A DNA stretch of 63,503 nucleotides, filler included. It is 8 parts of 8 records of this genome, joined end to end, with 100 filler letters (N's around TTAATTAATTAA, not from the genome) between each part and the next. Parts side by side here need not be neighbours in the genome. Positions count along the whole stretch, not along the records: positions 7,014 to 19,642 come from SRR20825006_1578; 7 more parts are not named here. The stretch is one strand, 5' to 3'. Position 1 is the first letter of the stretch; every line of letters starts with the position of its first letter. Of this stretch, positions 7,970-16,737 are shown piece after piece. Made by a program: the position numbers and the translations under genes. The notes below the pieces were generated by a model. It was not told the origin of the DNA. It searched no databases and saw only the letters and a list, made by a program, of their open reading frames with translations.

Positions 7970-8947
7970 TTAAAACGAAACCTCCCATTCAACACGTGAC
8001 AAACGATTTGAAACTTTTTTGATTGTCGCCAATATTTCCTCCTCTTTTGGCAACGCCCCGTAGACCAAAAACTTAAATTGATTTTGATAGGTGTCCTTAA
8101 GTTGATGCCATGTTTCTTCTGGACCATTAAAAATCAATGCCTCTTTTGGATGGTATCGCAACCAGTCGTTATTGTTCTTAAAGCTTTGTACATCGTCATG
8201 GGCCACTTTTAGGAGCATCGCATCAAAATCATCTGAATCCAAAAAATTTTGTACCGTTTCATCTTTCAACAACTGATGCATATCGTACACATGTCTGATT
8301 TTGGCATTCAAGTCTGTAATGGGTTGTTCAGTATGGGAAAACCGTACCAAGCTCATTATTTTTTCGCAAAGCGTTCTTCGGGAATCCAATACAAGAACTT
8401 CAAAAGGCAAAAGGTTGTATTCTTCGGCCAGTACCTTTTGGCCAGTGGCAATCATCATATCATAGATATAACTATTCAGCACCTTTTTTGAATAAGGTTC
8501 AAAATAACCCAACCATGTGGCCTCTATGATGATGGCGTCCCTTACTTGCCCGTAATCCCCCTTGAAAATTTTCGGGTAGTTGTAGGCTATTTTTCTGATC
8601 ATTCCCATTTTGTTGGTAATCCCTTGTATCTTCACTTCTACAAAGGGTCCGCCAATTTCATTAGTAATTTTTTTGAGCTTGGCCTTTAATTGGTTCCCTG
8701 TCTCTTCCTCTTTCCGGATTACGACCAAGTCTATATCCTCGGAAAAACGTTCAATGTAGGTGTAGTACTTTGACAGGGCCGTTCCGCCCTTGAAAATGAC
8801 TTCATCTTTGATGGCACTTTCAAAAATGAGTTTTAGGGCATAGCATACCCAATAGTCCTTTTCGATATAGATATCCAAAATACCCATTCGCTCTGCGGTT
8901 GCCTGCACCGCTTGTCTGAAAAGTTGTTCGTTCTCGTGCAATTTCAT
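7970..8947 (-). CDS. AbiEii/AbiGii nucleotidyltransferase toxin
   Basis: IEKDYWV, IFKGGTALSK, RFSEDIDL, RTLCEK and RHVYD motifs. Confidence 0.93.
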   Translation of the reverse strand: MKLHENEQLFRQAVQATAERMGILDIYIEKDYWVCYALKLIFESAIKDEVIFKGGTALSKYYTYIERFSEDIDLVVIRKEEETGNQLKAKLKKITNEIGGPFVEVKIQGITNKMGMIRKIAYNYPKIFKGDYGQVRDAIIIEATWLGYFEPYSKKVLNSYIYDMMIATGQKVLAEEYNLLPFEVLVLDSRRTLCEKIMSLVRFSHTEQPITDLNAKIRHVYDMHQLLKDETVQNFLDSDDFDAMLLKVAHDDVQSFKNNNDWLRYHPKEALIFNGPEETWHQLKDTYQNQFKFLVYGALPKEEEILATIKKVSNRLSRVEWEVSF

Positions 8948-9675
8948 TTTATATTCCAGTATTTGGCATTTGGCAACACCTTTTCAGAAATATCAAGATC
9001 ATAGACCGTTATTGGGTTCAGACTATCCTGAAGGTCCCGTATTTCCGTTTCCGCCCTACAACTAATCTCCCTGAGCAATGCGCCCAACAAGGCCCTAGTG
9101 GCAGGGGAATATTTAAAAGCCAGTTTTATAAGCTTTACCTGCTCGCTGGTTTTCAATTCTCGTAATAATGCCATCAGCCGAATACAACTTTTTTCAATGG
9201 TGGTATCCGGTATTTTTTTGATGTAACGTATGGCATCCAACAATCGCAACAGGGGAATGCTTTCCCTAGTAATGGTATTCTTTTGTTTGATGAACGAAAT
9301 TCTGAAACGCCCTCTTTTGAAAGGTGGTCTTATCTCTCGTTTACCTATCTGTATCGTACTGCTGACCTGAGTGGTAAGCCCTAGTGAATTATAAACGCTA
9401 TACCCTGTGATATATCCCACTAGTTTACCATCTTCCTCCAACAAATCCTTTACAATTTGATGCTGGTCGGGAAGCAAGGCGCCGAATACGGTTTCTTGCG
9501 GCTTGAAATATTTACCTTTGGACAACTTGTTTATTTTCCCGGAACCGGCCATCCTATTGAGATGTTTAATGATGGCCTCCCTCTTGGTCACCTCACTGAT
9601 AAAATCCATATAGGTGAACACATATCCCTTGGGCAACTTATTGATCTTTTCTTCAATATATTCAGAGGTTTTCAT
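8944..9675 (-). CDS. AbiEi-like (DUF6088-type) antitoxin
   Basis: wHTH (LNRMAGSGKINKLSKGKYFKP), GYITG..YNSLGLTTQV; ATGA overlap with toxin; start at MKTSEY. Confidence 0.88.
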   Translation of the reverse strand: MKTSEYIEEKINKLPKGYVFTYMDFISEVTKREAIIKHLNRMAGSGKINKLSKGKYFKPQETVFGALLPDQHQIVKDLLEEDGKLVGYITGYSVYNSLGLTTQVSSTIQIGKREIRPPFKRGRFRISFIKQKNTITRESIPLLRLLDAIRYIKKIPDTTIEKSCIRLMALLRELKTSEQVKLIKLAFKYSPATRALLGALLREISCRAETEIRDLQDSLNPITVYDLDISEKVLPNAKYWNIK

Positions 9676-9704
9676 TGAAAATGATTTGCACAAAGATATT
9701 CAAA

Positions 9705-9736
9705 ATGTCCAGTTTATTCATTAAAAAACTGGACAT
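9705..9736. promoter_or_regulatory. Inverted repeat, putative antitoxin operator
   Basis: ATGTCCAGTTT-N10-AAACTGGACAT about 30 nt upstream of the antitoxin start. Confidence 0.65.
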
Positions 9737-9774
9737 ACTAATGACTAGTAATAACTTTATTTGTGTTCTTTCAT

Positions 9775-9826
9775 TGGTCCTTTTACCTTTGAAGCAAAAT
9801 GTTCAGCTTCAAAGGTAAAAGGACCA
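9775..9826. repeat. Perfect 21-bp inverted repeat with 10-nt loop
   Basis: TGGTCCTTTTACCTTTGAAGC-aaaatgttca-GCTTCAAAGGTAAAAGGACCA. Confidence 0.9.
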
Positions 9827-10029
9827 TACCGTTACATCATCCAAACCATCATGTTAAGGGCTTCAAATCTCTTATGCCTATGGACAATAACCCTTTATCT
9901 TCTCGACCCCAAACACTCCCATTTTGGCAAACATCTATGTGTTATATTAGGACCGCCACCAAAGTTCATTTCCCGAACAAGTACCGATCAGTTGATCATG
10001 TAGAACAGCTTTTTTTGACACCAGCGGCT

Positions 10030-11883
10030 CTATCTTTGACTTCTGATAAAGTTGGTACAGGCCTCAAAATCATCGAATATTTGATTTTCCGGAATCAATG
10101 ATGGAATCAAATCGACCCGCTCCATCATATATTTGGGTTGCTCGAGGACATGTACAAAGAGTACCGTGATAGCTTTATTTTTAAGTTCTATCAATATGTC
10201 CTCAAGGGTATATAGCCCCGATTGGTCCAAATACTGCATCCGGTCCATTCGTATGACCACCATGGAGGCGGTTTTCGGTATTTGTTTGGCCAATTGTTGA
10301 AACTCGCTTGTAGACCCAAAAAACAAAGGTCCGTTCAAGTGTTTGATAAAAACCTCCTTTTTGAGATCCTCTGGAAAGTTCGCTTCATCCGCCCAACCCT
10401 TTTCTTCCAGTAAGGTCTTGACATCCGATTGCCTGGCCGTTAAGTCCCCCATTTTTTTCATGAACATCAGGGAGGCGATTACCAATCCGATACCCACGGC
10501 GTAGACCAAATTCCAAACGGAGGCCAAGACCATGACCACCAACATGACCACCACCTCGGAACTGATCTTCAAAGGTCCGAATTTGACATCTCTGGGCAGA
10601 TACGGTATGGCCCTGAGCCCCTTGTAGTCGATTACCCCAATCCCCACGGTAACCAGGATGCCGGCAAGAACGGCGGCCGGTATTTTGGAAGCGATGGGCC
10701 CTAAGGCCAACAATACGACAAGCAACAGGATTCCCGCAATCATACCCGATAATCTGGTCTTACCACCGGCATTGATATTGACTACAGTACGGATGGTCGC
10801 CCCCGCTCCGGGGATACCCCCAAAAATGGCCGCTATACTGTTACCGATGCCCTGCCCCATCAATTCCTTGTTGGGCTTATGCTGTGTTTTGGTCATATTG
10901 TCCGCGACCACAGAGGTCAATAGCGAATCTATGGCTCCCAAAAGTGCCAGGGTCAAGGCTGTAAAAATATAGGGTGTTATCGAATTTAATTTGAATTCAC
11001 TGAAGATGTCCAAATGGGGAACGGGAAAACCGCTGGGTATTTGTGGGATGGGCCTGTAATCCAAGCCTATCCCATAGGCCGCCCCTGAAACGACCAACAA
11101 TGCGACCAATGCACTGGGAATGGCGCTAGTGATTCTTTTAAAGCCATAGATGATCACAATGGTAGCCAGGGCCAGGGCAAATTCCAACCAATCGATCCGT
11201 TGCAGGGCCATTGGCAAAACCTTGATTGTACCGATGACCCCGGAAGCATCTTTATTGGCCAAGGTCCGGGCCTCTTTCAGGATATTTTCCTCAGATGCCT
11301 CCCCCGCCCTGTCCAGGGTTTCTTGAAAATCCTCAAGCACCAGTATTCCCCCATTCGATTCTTCATTAAGGATATCCCTGAGGATAACCTCTTTCGCCCG
11401 AGGTCTGAATCGGTCCACAAATGCTTCATCTTCCGTTGGGTAATAGCCCATGGAAGGCAACAGCTGGGTAACAAGGATGATTACACCAATGGCCGTCATA
11501 AAGCCTGAAACCACAGGATACGGAATATAGCGAACATATTTTCCAAGTCCTGCAAGGCCCAATAGGATTTGTAACAACCCTGCCAATAGAAATACCGATA
11601 AAATGGCTGGCAATGCCTTCTCCAGATTACCATCGTTCATGGCCACGATACCGGCAACCACGACCATGCCAACAGCGGTCATAGGTGCCGTTGGACCGGA
11701 TATCTGAGTATTGGTGCCACCGAACAAGGCAGCGAAAAAACTGATGAAAATGGCACCGTACAAACCGGCACTGGGACCCAAACCCGAGCTGACACCAAAG
11801 GCCAGGGCCAAGGGCAGGGCGACAATGCCTGCCGTGATACCACCAAAAAGGTCTCCTTTAAATTTGGAAAAAAAGTGCTTCAT
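10030..11883 (-). CDS. SulP/SLC26 anion (bicarbonate/dicarboxylate) transporter with STAS domain
   Basis: GDLFGGITAGIVALPLALAFG, ISGPTAPM, GPLFFGS and YLDQSG motifs. Confidence 0.95.
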   Translation of the reverse strand: MKHFFSKFKGDLFGGITAGIVALPLALAFGVSSGLGPSAGLYGAIFISFFAALFGGTNTQISGPTAPMTAVGMVVVAGIVAMNDGNLEKALPAILSVFLLAGLLQILLGLAGLGKYVRYIPYPVVSGFMTAIGVIILVTQLLPSMGYYPTEDEAFVDRFRPRAKEVILRDILNEESNGGILVLEDFQETLDRAGEASEENILKEARTLANKDASGVIGTIKVLPMALQRIDWLEFALALATIVIIYGFKRITSAIPSALVALLVVSGAAYGIGLDYRPIPQIPSGFPVPHLDIFSEFKLNSITPYIFTALTLALLGAIDSLLTSVVADNMTKTQHKPNKELMGQGIGNSIAAIFGGIPGAGATIRTVVNINAGGKTRLSGMIAGILLLVVLLALGPIASKIPAAVLAGILVTVGIGVIDYKGLRAIPYLPRDVKFGPLKISSEVVVMLVVMVLASVWNLVYAVGIGLVIASLMFMKKMGDLTARQSDVKTLLEEKGWADEANFPEDLKKEVFIKHLNGPLFFGSTSEFQQLAKQIPKTASMVVIRMDRMQYLDQSGLYTLEDILIELKNKAITVLFVHVLEQPKYMMERVDLIPSLIPENQIFDDFEACTNFIRSQR

Positions 11884-11993
11884 AAAAATGTTGATTGTTT
11901 ACTTATGTCCCATGCTCGGTTACTTTAGAACAGCGTATTCTCAGCGATCTTCACATATGCTCTAACCACCGATCGATCCTTGTATTGAGGTTT

Positions 11994-12383
11994 TCAGTTG
12001 AAACGTTCCAAGATTTTCGAGAACAGCAACAACTTGATCTGTGAATAGCTTTTTATATGGCCCATATAACCATCTCGGTTTTTCTCATGGGTGTTGAGAT
12101 AATAGGCATCACATTCCATGGTATCGCATTCGATGGCATTCAACATGGTACGTTCATAGCGGTACAATGTTCCCAACCGAAGTTGATTATCCCTTTGGAT
12201 CGCCAAAAGCCGTTGGTTCATGGACGGATCCCCCAACAACCTTTTTTCCAATTGGATCAAGTACTGCAGTTCTTCATTGACTCCTTCCATGGTCTCTGTC
12301 CAATTGGTGATTTCCAATTTGTCCTTTTTACTGATGATCCGGCTTATGGATTCATGAAAATAGGGGCGGTTGACGGATTTCAT
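11994..12383 (-). CDS. Hypothetical helical protein with ECDxxECD motif
   Basis: 129 aa; ATGA overlap with upstream GreA/Rnk-like gene. Confidence 0.75.
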   Translation of the reverse strand: MKSVNRPYFHESISRIISKKDKLEITNWTETMEGVNEELQYLIQLEKRLLGDPSMNQRLLAIQRDNQLRLGTLYRYERTMLNAIECDTMECDAYYLNTHEKNRDGYMGHIKSYSQIKLLLFSKILERFN

Positions 12384-12799
12384 AGTACCATGTTCAGGTT
12401 GATGGACTCATTTTCCTGTTCGATGTGCTCAATGGTCAGTTTCTGGTTGCCCGATGGAAATTCCCAAACTATGCAATCTCCTTTGGCGTACCCCATTACC
12501 GCGGACCCCATGGGCGTTAATATGGATATGCAATCGTTCTTGACATCACTTTTCTTGGGAAGTACCAATTTGAATTTTTTATGCCACCCATTTTCGGAAA
12601 CAATCGTGACATTGGAATTGAACCGTATCACATCCTTGGGCATATCCTTCTCATCCAATATCTTCGCGGTCTCCAATTCCCCGGCCAACTTCCTTACCGA
12701 TTTTCTCCATGTACTGTCCTGATGGTATCCCGAAAGGTTCATCAACCTTTTGAGTAGGACATATTCCTTTTTTTCAATCAACAGACTATCGTATTTCAT
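12380..12799 (-). CDS. GreA/GreB family factor, short Rnk-like
   Basis: DMPKDVIRFNSNV and ISILTPMGSAVMGYAKGDCIVWEFPSG motifs. Confidence 0.9.
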   Translation of the reverse strand: MKYDSLLIEKKEYVLLKRLMNLSGYHQDSTWRKSVRKLAGELETAKILDEKDMPKDVIRFNSNVTIVSENGWHKKFKLVLPKKSDVKNDCISILTPMGSAVMGYAKGDCIVWEFPSGNQKLTIEHIEQENESINLNMVL

Positions 12800-12864
12800 T
12801 GTATTAATTTTATGGATTATGGGTTTCGCTGGATCAGTTCCGGCAAAACCCTTCGTTTTTTTTA

Positions 12865-14157
12865 TTATGGGAATATGCCCCGCTGTACATAGGTTTCCTC
12901 AAGTCGCTCTATGGCAATGACAAAGGCAGCCGTTCTCATGTCCAGGTTCTTTGTTTTTGTTTTGTACATGACCTTGTTGAACGATTCCCGCATCTTTCTT
13001 TCCAGTTTCTCCAATACCTCGTCCAACTGCCATATTTCCCCATTGCGATTCTGCAACCATTCAAAATAGCTGCCTATTACACCACCGGAATTGCACAGGA
13101 TATCCGGTATGATGTCAATGCCCCGCTTCAAAAGTATCTCCTCCGCCTTTACATCGGTCGGTCCATTGGCCCCTTCGGCAATCAAGCGGGCCTTGATGTC
13201 ATGGGCATTATCCACTGTGACCTGGTTGCCCAATGCCGCAGGTATACAAATGTCACAGTCCAAACCAAAAAATTCGGCATTGTCGATGACATTTGCCCCT
13301 GCAAAGCCCGATATACTGCCCTTTTTGGCCTTCGCATAGTCCAAAAGTTTTTCCGGGGAAATACCCTCATGGTTGTGGATACTACCATAGGCATCCTGTA
13401 CGGCAATTAGAATGGCTCCTTCTTTTTTTAGAAAATGGGACGCCCAATAGCCCACATTACCAAACCCCTGTACAATGAATGTTTTGTTCTTTAGGTCAAT
13501 CGTATTGTGTTCCGCCCAAAATTTGATGGTCAGGAAAACCCCATAGCCCGTTGCCCGGTCCCTTCCTTCAGAACCTCCGGCACCAATGGGTTTTCCCGTG
13601 ACCACATGCAGGTTCTTCGAGCGTTCATTGGGGGATTTGGTGGACATATAGGTATCCAAGATCCAGGCCATGGTTTGCGGGTTGGTGTTGACATCAGGCG
13701 CAGGAATATCCAGTTCCGGTCCAATATTGTCCCCAAGGGCATAGGTAAACCTTCTGGTGATCCGTTGCAGTTCGTCTTGGGAATATTTGGTGGGATCCAA
13801 CTGTATCCCTCCTTTGGCCCCACCATAGGGCAATCCGGCCAAAGAGGTCTTCCACGTCATCCACATGGCCAGGGCCCTGGCAGCGTCAATGTCCACCGTG
13901 GGGTGGTAACGCAATCCTCCCTTGTAGGGCCCCAGTGCATTGTTGTGCTGAACACGGTAGCCCGTAAATATCTCTACCTCCCCATTGTCCATGCGTACGG
14001 GAAAATGCACAACGAATTCATTATTGGTGACCTCCAGTATCTTTCTGATGTTGGTATTCAGCTCGATAATATCCGCTGCATTGTTGAACTGTCGCATAAC
14101 GTTGTACAACATGCCTTGTTTTGGCTGCTTTTTTTTTGATGTTAAAGTTGTTGTCAT
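12865..14157 (-). CDS. gdhA: Glu/Leu/Phe/Val dehydrogenase (glutamate dehydrogenase)
   Basis: GPYKGGLRYHP, GGAKGG, DIPAPDVNT, QGFGNVG and EGANGPT motifs. Confidence 0.95.
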   Translation of the reverse strand: MTTTLTSKKKQPKQGMLYNVMRQFNNAADIIELNTNIRKILEVTNNEFVVHFPVRMDNGEVEIFTGYRVQHNNALGPYKGGLRYHPTVDIDAARALAMWMTWKTSLAGLPYGGAKGGIQLDPTKYSQDELQRITRRFTYALGDNIGPELDIPAPDVNTNPQTMAWILDTYMSTKSPNERSKNLHVVTGKPIGAGGSEGRDRATGYGVFLTIKFWAEHNTIDLKNKTFIVQGFGNVGYWASHFLKKEGAILIAVQDAYGSIHNHEGISPEKLLDYAKAKKGSISGFAGANVIDNAEFFGLDCDICIPAALGNQVTVDNAHDIKARLIAEGANGPTDVKAEEILLKRGIDIIPDILCNSGGVIGSYFEWLQNRNGEIWQLDEVLEKLERKMRESFNKVMYKTKTKNLDMRTAAFVIAIERLEETYVQRGIFP

Positions 14158-14199
14158 AAATAACTGTTTTTTGGGTGCCTCGTACCCTCTGATTGTTTG

Positions 14200-14370
14200 T
14201 TAATACATTTCATCCGAAAACACGATGGTAGGTTCATTCTTATCATCCATATGATGTCGATATTCATTACATAGGTTGATATTTGACCTATCGCTGCTCA
14301 GAACGCAGTACGATCTGTGAACACAGGTAGAGCATAAGCTCCGTTTAAATTGGTTCATGGGACTGTTCAT
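14200..14370 (-). CDS. Small Cys-rich protein (56 aa), absent from the ORF track
   Basis: MNSPMNQFKRSLCSTCVHRSYCVLSSDRSNINLCNEYRHHMDDKNEPTIVFSDEMY*; fills the gap between two co-oriented genes. Confidence 0.7.
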   Translation of the reverse strand: MNSPMNQFKRSLCSTCVHRSYCVLSSDRSNINLCNEYRHHMDDKNEPTIVFSDEMY

Positions 14371-14398
14371 TTTATTTAGGTTCTTTTCTTGTTTAAAA

Positions 14399-15007
14399 TC
14401 AATGGATGGGATATAGTGTTCTGATCGGCTGAAAGGCCAGTACCAATATGGAAACTCCTATAATGATCAAAAAAGCGATTTCCAATTGGGACAACATCAC
14501 ATTGACACTCAATGATTTCTCTGAGATCTCTGTAAGATGTCCACTCTCTTCGATTTGAATTTCCTCAAGAGCATCCAAGGTTGTTTTGGTCGATTGGATA
14601 TGCCCCAACATTTTTGATTTGGCATCCTCCCGGTCCACCGTTGACAGGTCATAGGAGCGCAAGCTCGAAAATTGCCGGCGCAGGCGTTTTAAAAATGTTG
14701 CCTCCTCTCGTGTCAACTCGGTAGCGGCAAAATCGTCAAGGATGGTCGTGATCTGTCCATAGCTTTCATTATCCTTTACTGTGCTGTCATCTCCCGACAC
14801 CTCCAATTCCCTATCGTGCAGATAAATCCTCAATTGATAGATATAGTCCTGTACGACAACTCGATCGCCATACATCGATTCGATGGTGTTCTGTACCGTT
14901 GAAAAATGCCTACGGTCCAAGAGATTGGAGCCCAGTACCAATAAAAATGCAACGGCCATTACAAATCCGACCAATATGCGTTGTTTCCATGTGAGTTTTG
15001 CATTCAT
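14399..15007 (-). CDS. Stand-alone MCP four-helix-bundle sensor-domain membrane protein
   Basis: Two TM helices flanking SMYGDRVVVQDY...LTREE; no cytoplasmic output domain. Confidence 0.8.
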   Translation of the reverse strand: MNAKLTWKQRILVGFVMAVAFLLVLGSNLLDRRHFSTVQNTIESMYGDRVVVQDYIYQLRIYLHDRELEVSGDDSTVKDNESYGQITTILDDFAATELTREEATFLKRLRRQFSSLRSYDLSTVDREDAKSKMLGHIQSTKTTLDALEEIQIEESGHLTEISEKSLSVNVMLSQLEIAFLIIIGVSILVLAFQPIRTLYPIH

Positions 15008-15162
15008 ATCTTCTTTTCTTGAACAATGGCTTTCTGCAAATTTTCCTTCAACAAGGCCAATACAGTTCCATGGGTATAATCTTCCAAGCCCAATGGCCCT
15101 TGTAAGTATTTTTTGACCATCAAAAAGTCATACCTTTCCAAAACAAGATTGCCGTATTTCAT
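15004..15162 (-). pseudogene. Truncated paralog of the Rnk-like factor (N-terminal 52 aa only)
   Basis: MKYGNLVLERYDFLMVKKYL...LKENLQKAIVQEKK aligns by eye with MKYDSLLIEKKEYVLLKRLM...LAGELETAKILDEKD of 12380-12799. Confidence 0.6.
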
Positions 15163-15258
15163 AGCTTGCCCTACCATCGTTATGTGTTGTTTTGTCACCG
15201 TAGTGCCGGAGTATATTACCTTGATCCGTTCTACTTGAAACTATTTGGTACACTATAT

Positions 15259-15274
15259 GGCAAATGGCATGCCT
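15259..15274 (-). promoter_or_regulatory. Sigma-54 (-24/-12) promoter
   Basis: Minus strand AGGCATGCCATTTGCC = GG-N10-GC, directly downstream of a sigma-54 activator gene. Confidence 0.75.
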
Positions 15275-15321
15275 TGAAAGGCAAAAAGAAGAAAACAAAA
15301 CACAATTAATTGATTTTCAGT

Positions 15322-15397
15322 AATCAACATATTAAAATGGGAAAAGTGGAAAAATGAAAAGTGGGAAGTTTCTATCCAGTTGGTCAAAAGCTGACCA
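15322..15397. promoter_or_regulatory. IHF-like site plus tandem putative enhancer boxes
   Basis: AATCAACATATTA matches WATCAANNNNTTR (15322-15334); TGG-N11-CCA boxes at 15362-15378 and 15381-15397. Confidence 0.55.
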
Positions 15398-15399
15398 GG

Positions 15400-16737
15400 T
15401 CAATCAAGTTTGTCACGAAGGGTTTTTCTACTGATCTTTAAAATCTTTGCTGCTTTGGTCTTGTTCCCTTCGGCATACAGTAGCACCCGTTTGATATATT
15501 GTCTTTCCATGTCCCTCAAGGGCATGGGTTCCTCCTCGGGAAATTCTATCTCATATTTTAAAAAGTCCGGTAAGTCTTTTACACCGATCGGGCCATCCGC
15601 CATGATCACGGCTCGTTGTACCACATTTTCAAGTTCCCTTATATTTCCCGGCCAAGAGTAACGTTCCAATATTTTCAGGGCTTCGGAATCCATCCCCAAT
15701 AAACGATCTCGATACTCCATACCGTATTTTTGAAGGAATCGATCCACCAATAGTGGAATATCCGATTTTCGTTCGCGCAATGGAGGTACCTTGATCTCAA
15801 CAACGGTCAAACGATAATAGAGGTCTTCCCGAAAGCTCTTTTTCTTGATCTCTTCCGATAGGTCCATATTGGTGGCCGCAACAACACGAAGGTCGACTTT
15901 TTCAGAAGTTCGGGAACCGACCTTGGTAATTTCCTTTTCCTGAAGTGCCCTCAATAATTTGGCCTGTACATCTAAACAGGCATTCCCTATTTCATCCAAA
16001 AAGAGCGTGCCTCCCGATGCCGCCTGAAAAAAACCGTTTCGGTTTTGGTCGGCCCCGGTAAAGGCCCCTTTGATATATCCAAACAATTCCGCCTCTTGAA
16101 GATTTTCTGGAATGGCCCCGCAGTTCACTGCGATAAAGGGTCCTTTACTGTACTTTCCCGAATAATGGATGGCCCTGGCCACCAATTCCTTACCAGTACC
16201 ACTTTCACCTTGTATCAATACCGTTGCCTTGTTATCCTTTACCCTATCCACAATGGTAAGTACCTGACCAAAAGCGGTGGAATCACCGACCATTTCCTTG
16301 AATGCCGGTTGTTGTACCGGGGAGGGAACGGAAATAATAGCTCCTTGATGTTCTTGTCTTTTTTCCAACGCTCTTTCCACGGCCATTTTGAGTTCCTCTT
16401 TTGTAAAGGGCTTGGTCAAATAGTCCATAGCTCCGGACTTAAGCACTTCCAAGGCGCCACCAACGGATGGGTATCCTGTAACCACCAATTTTGGCATATT
16501 GGGATAATGTTCTTTGGCGTACTTCAATAATTGAATACCATCGACTTCGGGCATTTGAATGTCCGTGATCAATAGGTCTATGGAGGTGTCCTTTAGGATA
16601 AACAGGGCTTCTTTAACCGATATGGCCTTAAAAACATGGTAGTTGAACTCTTTGAGCCTTCTTGCCAAGAGTTCCAAGATCTTGATATCATCATCTACAA
16701 TAAGAATGTTCTCTTTGTTCAGGGCCATGGGCATCAT
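15400..16737 (-). CDS. NtrC/AtoC-family sigma-54-dependent response regulator
   Basis: REC domain, GESGTGKELVA, GAFTGA, FLDEIG, WPGNIRELEN and Fis-type HTH. Confidence 0.96.
   Translation of the reverse strand: MMPMALNKENILIVDDDIKILELLARRLKEFNYHVFKAISVKEALFILKDTSIDLLITDIQMPEVDGIQLLKYAKEHYPNMPKLVVTGYPSVGGALEVLKSGAMDYLTKPFTKEELKMAVERALEKRQEHQGAIISVPSPVQQPAFKEMVGDSTAFGQVLTIVDRVKDNKATVLIQGESGTGKELVARAIHYSGKYSKGPFIAVNCGAIPENLQEAELFGYIKGAFTGADQNRNGFFQAASGGTLFLDEIGNACLDVQAKLLRALQEKEITKVGSRTSEKVDLRVVAATNMDLSEEIKKKSFREDLYYRLTVVEIKVPPLRERKSDIPLLVDRFLQKYGMEYRDRLLGMDSEALKILERYSWPGNIRELENVVQRAVIMADGPIGVKDLPDFLKYEIEFPEEEPMPLRDMERQYIKRVLLYAEGNKTKAAKILKISRKTLRDKLD

Noticed and set aside
13507..14139. 210-aa ORF antisense to gdh
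   Set aside because: Shadow ORF on a conserved gene; no motifs or independent support.
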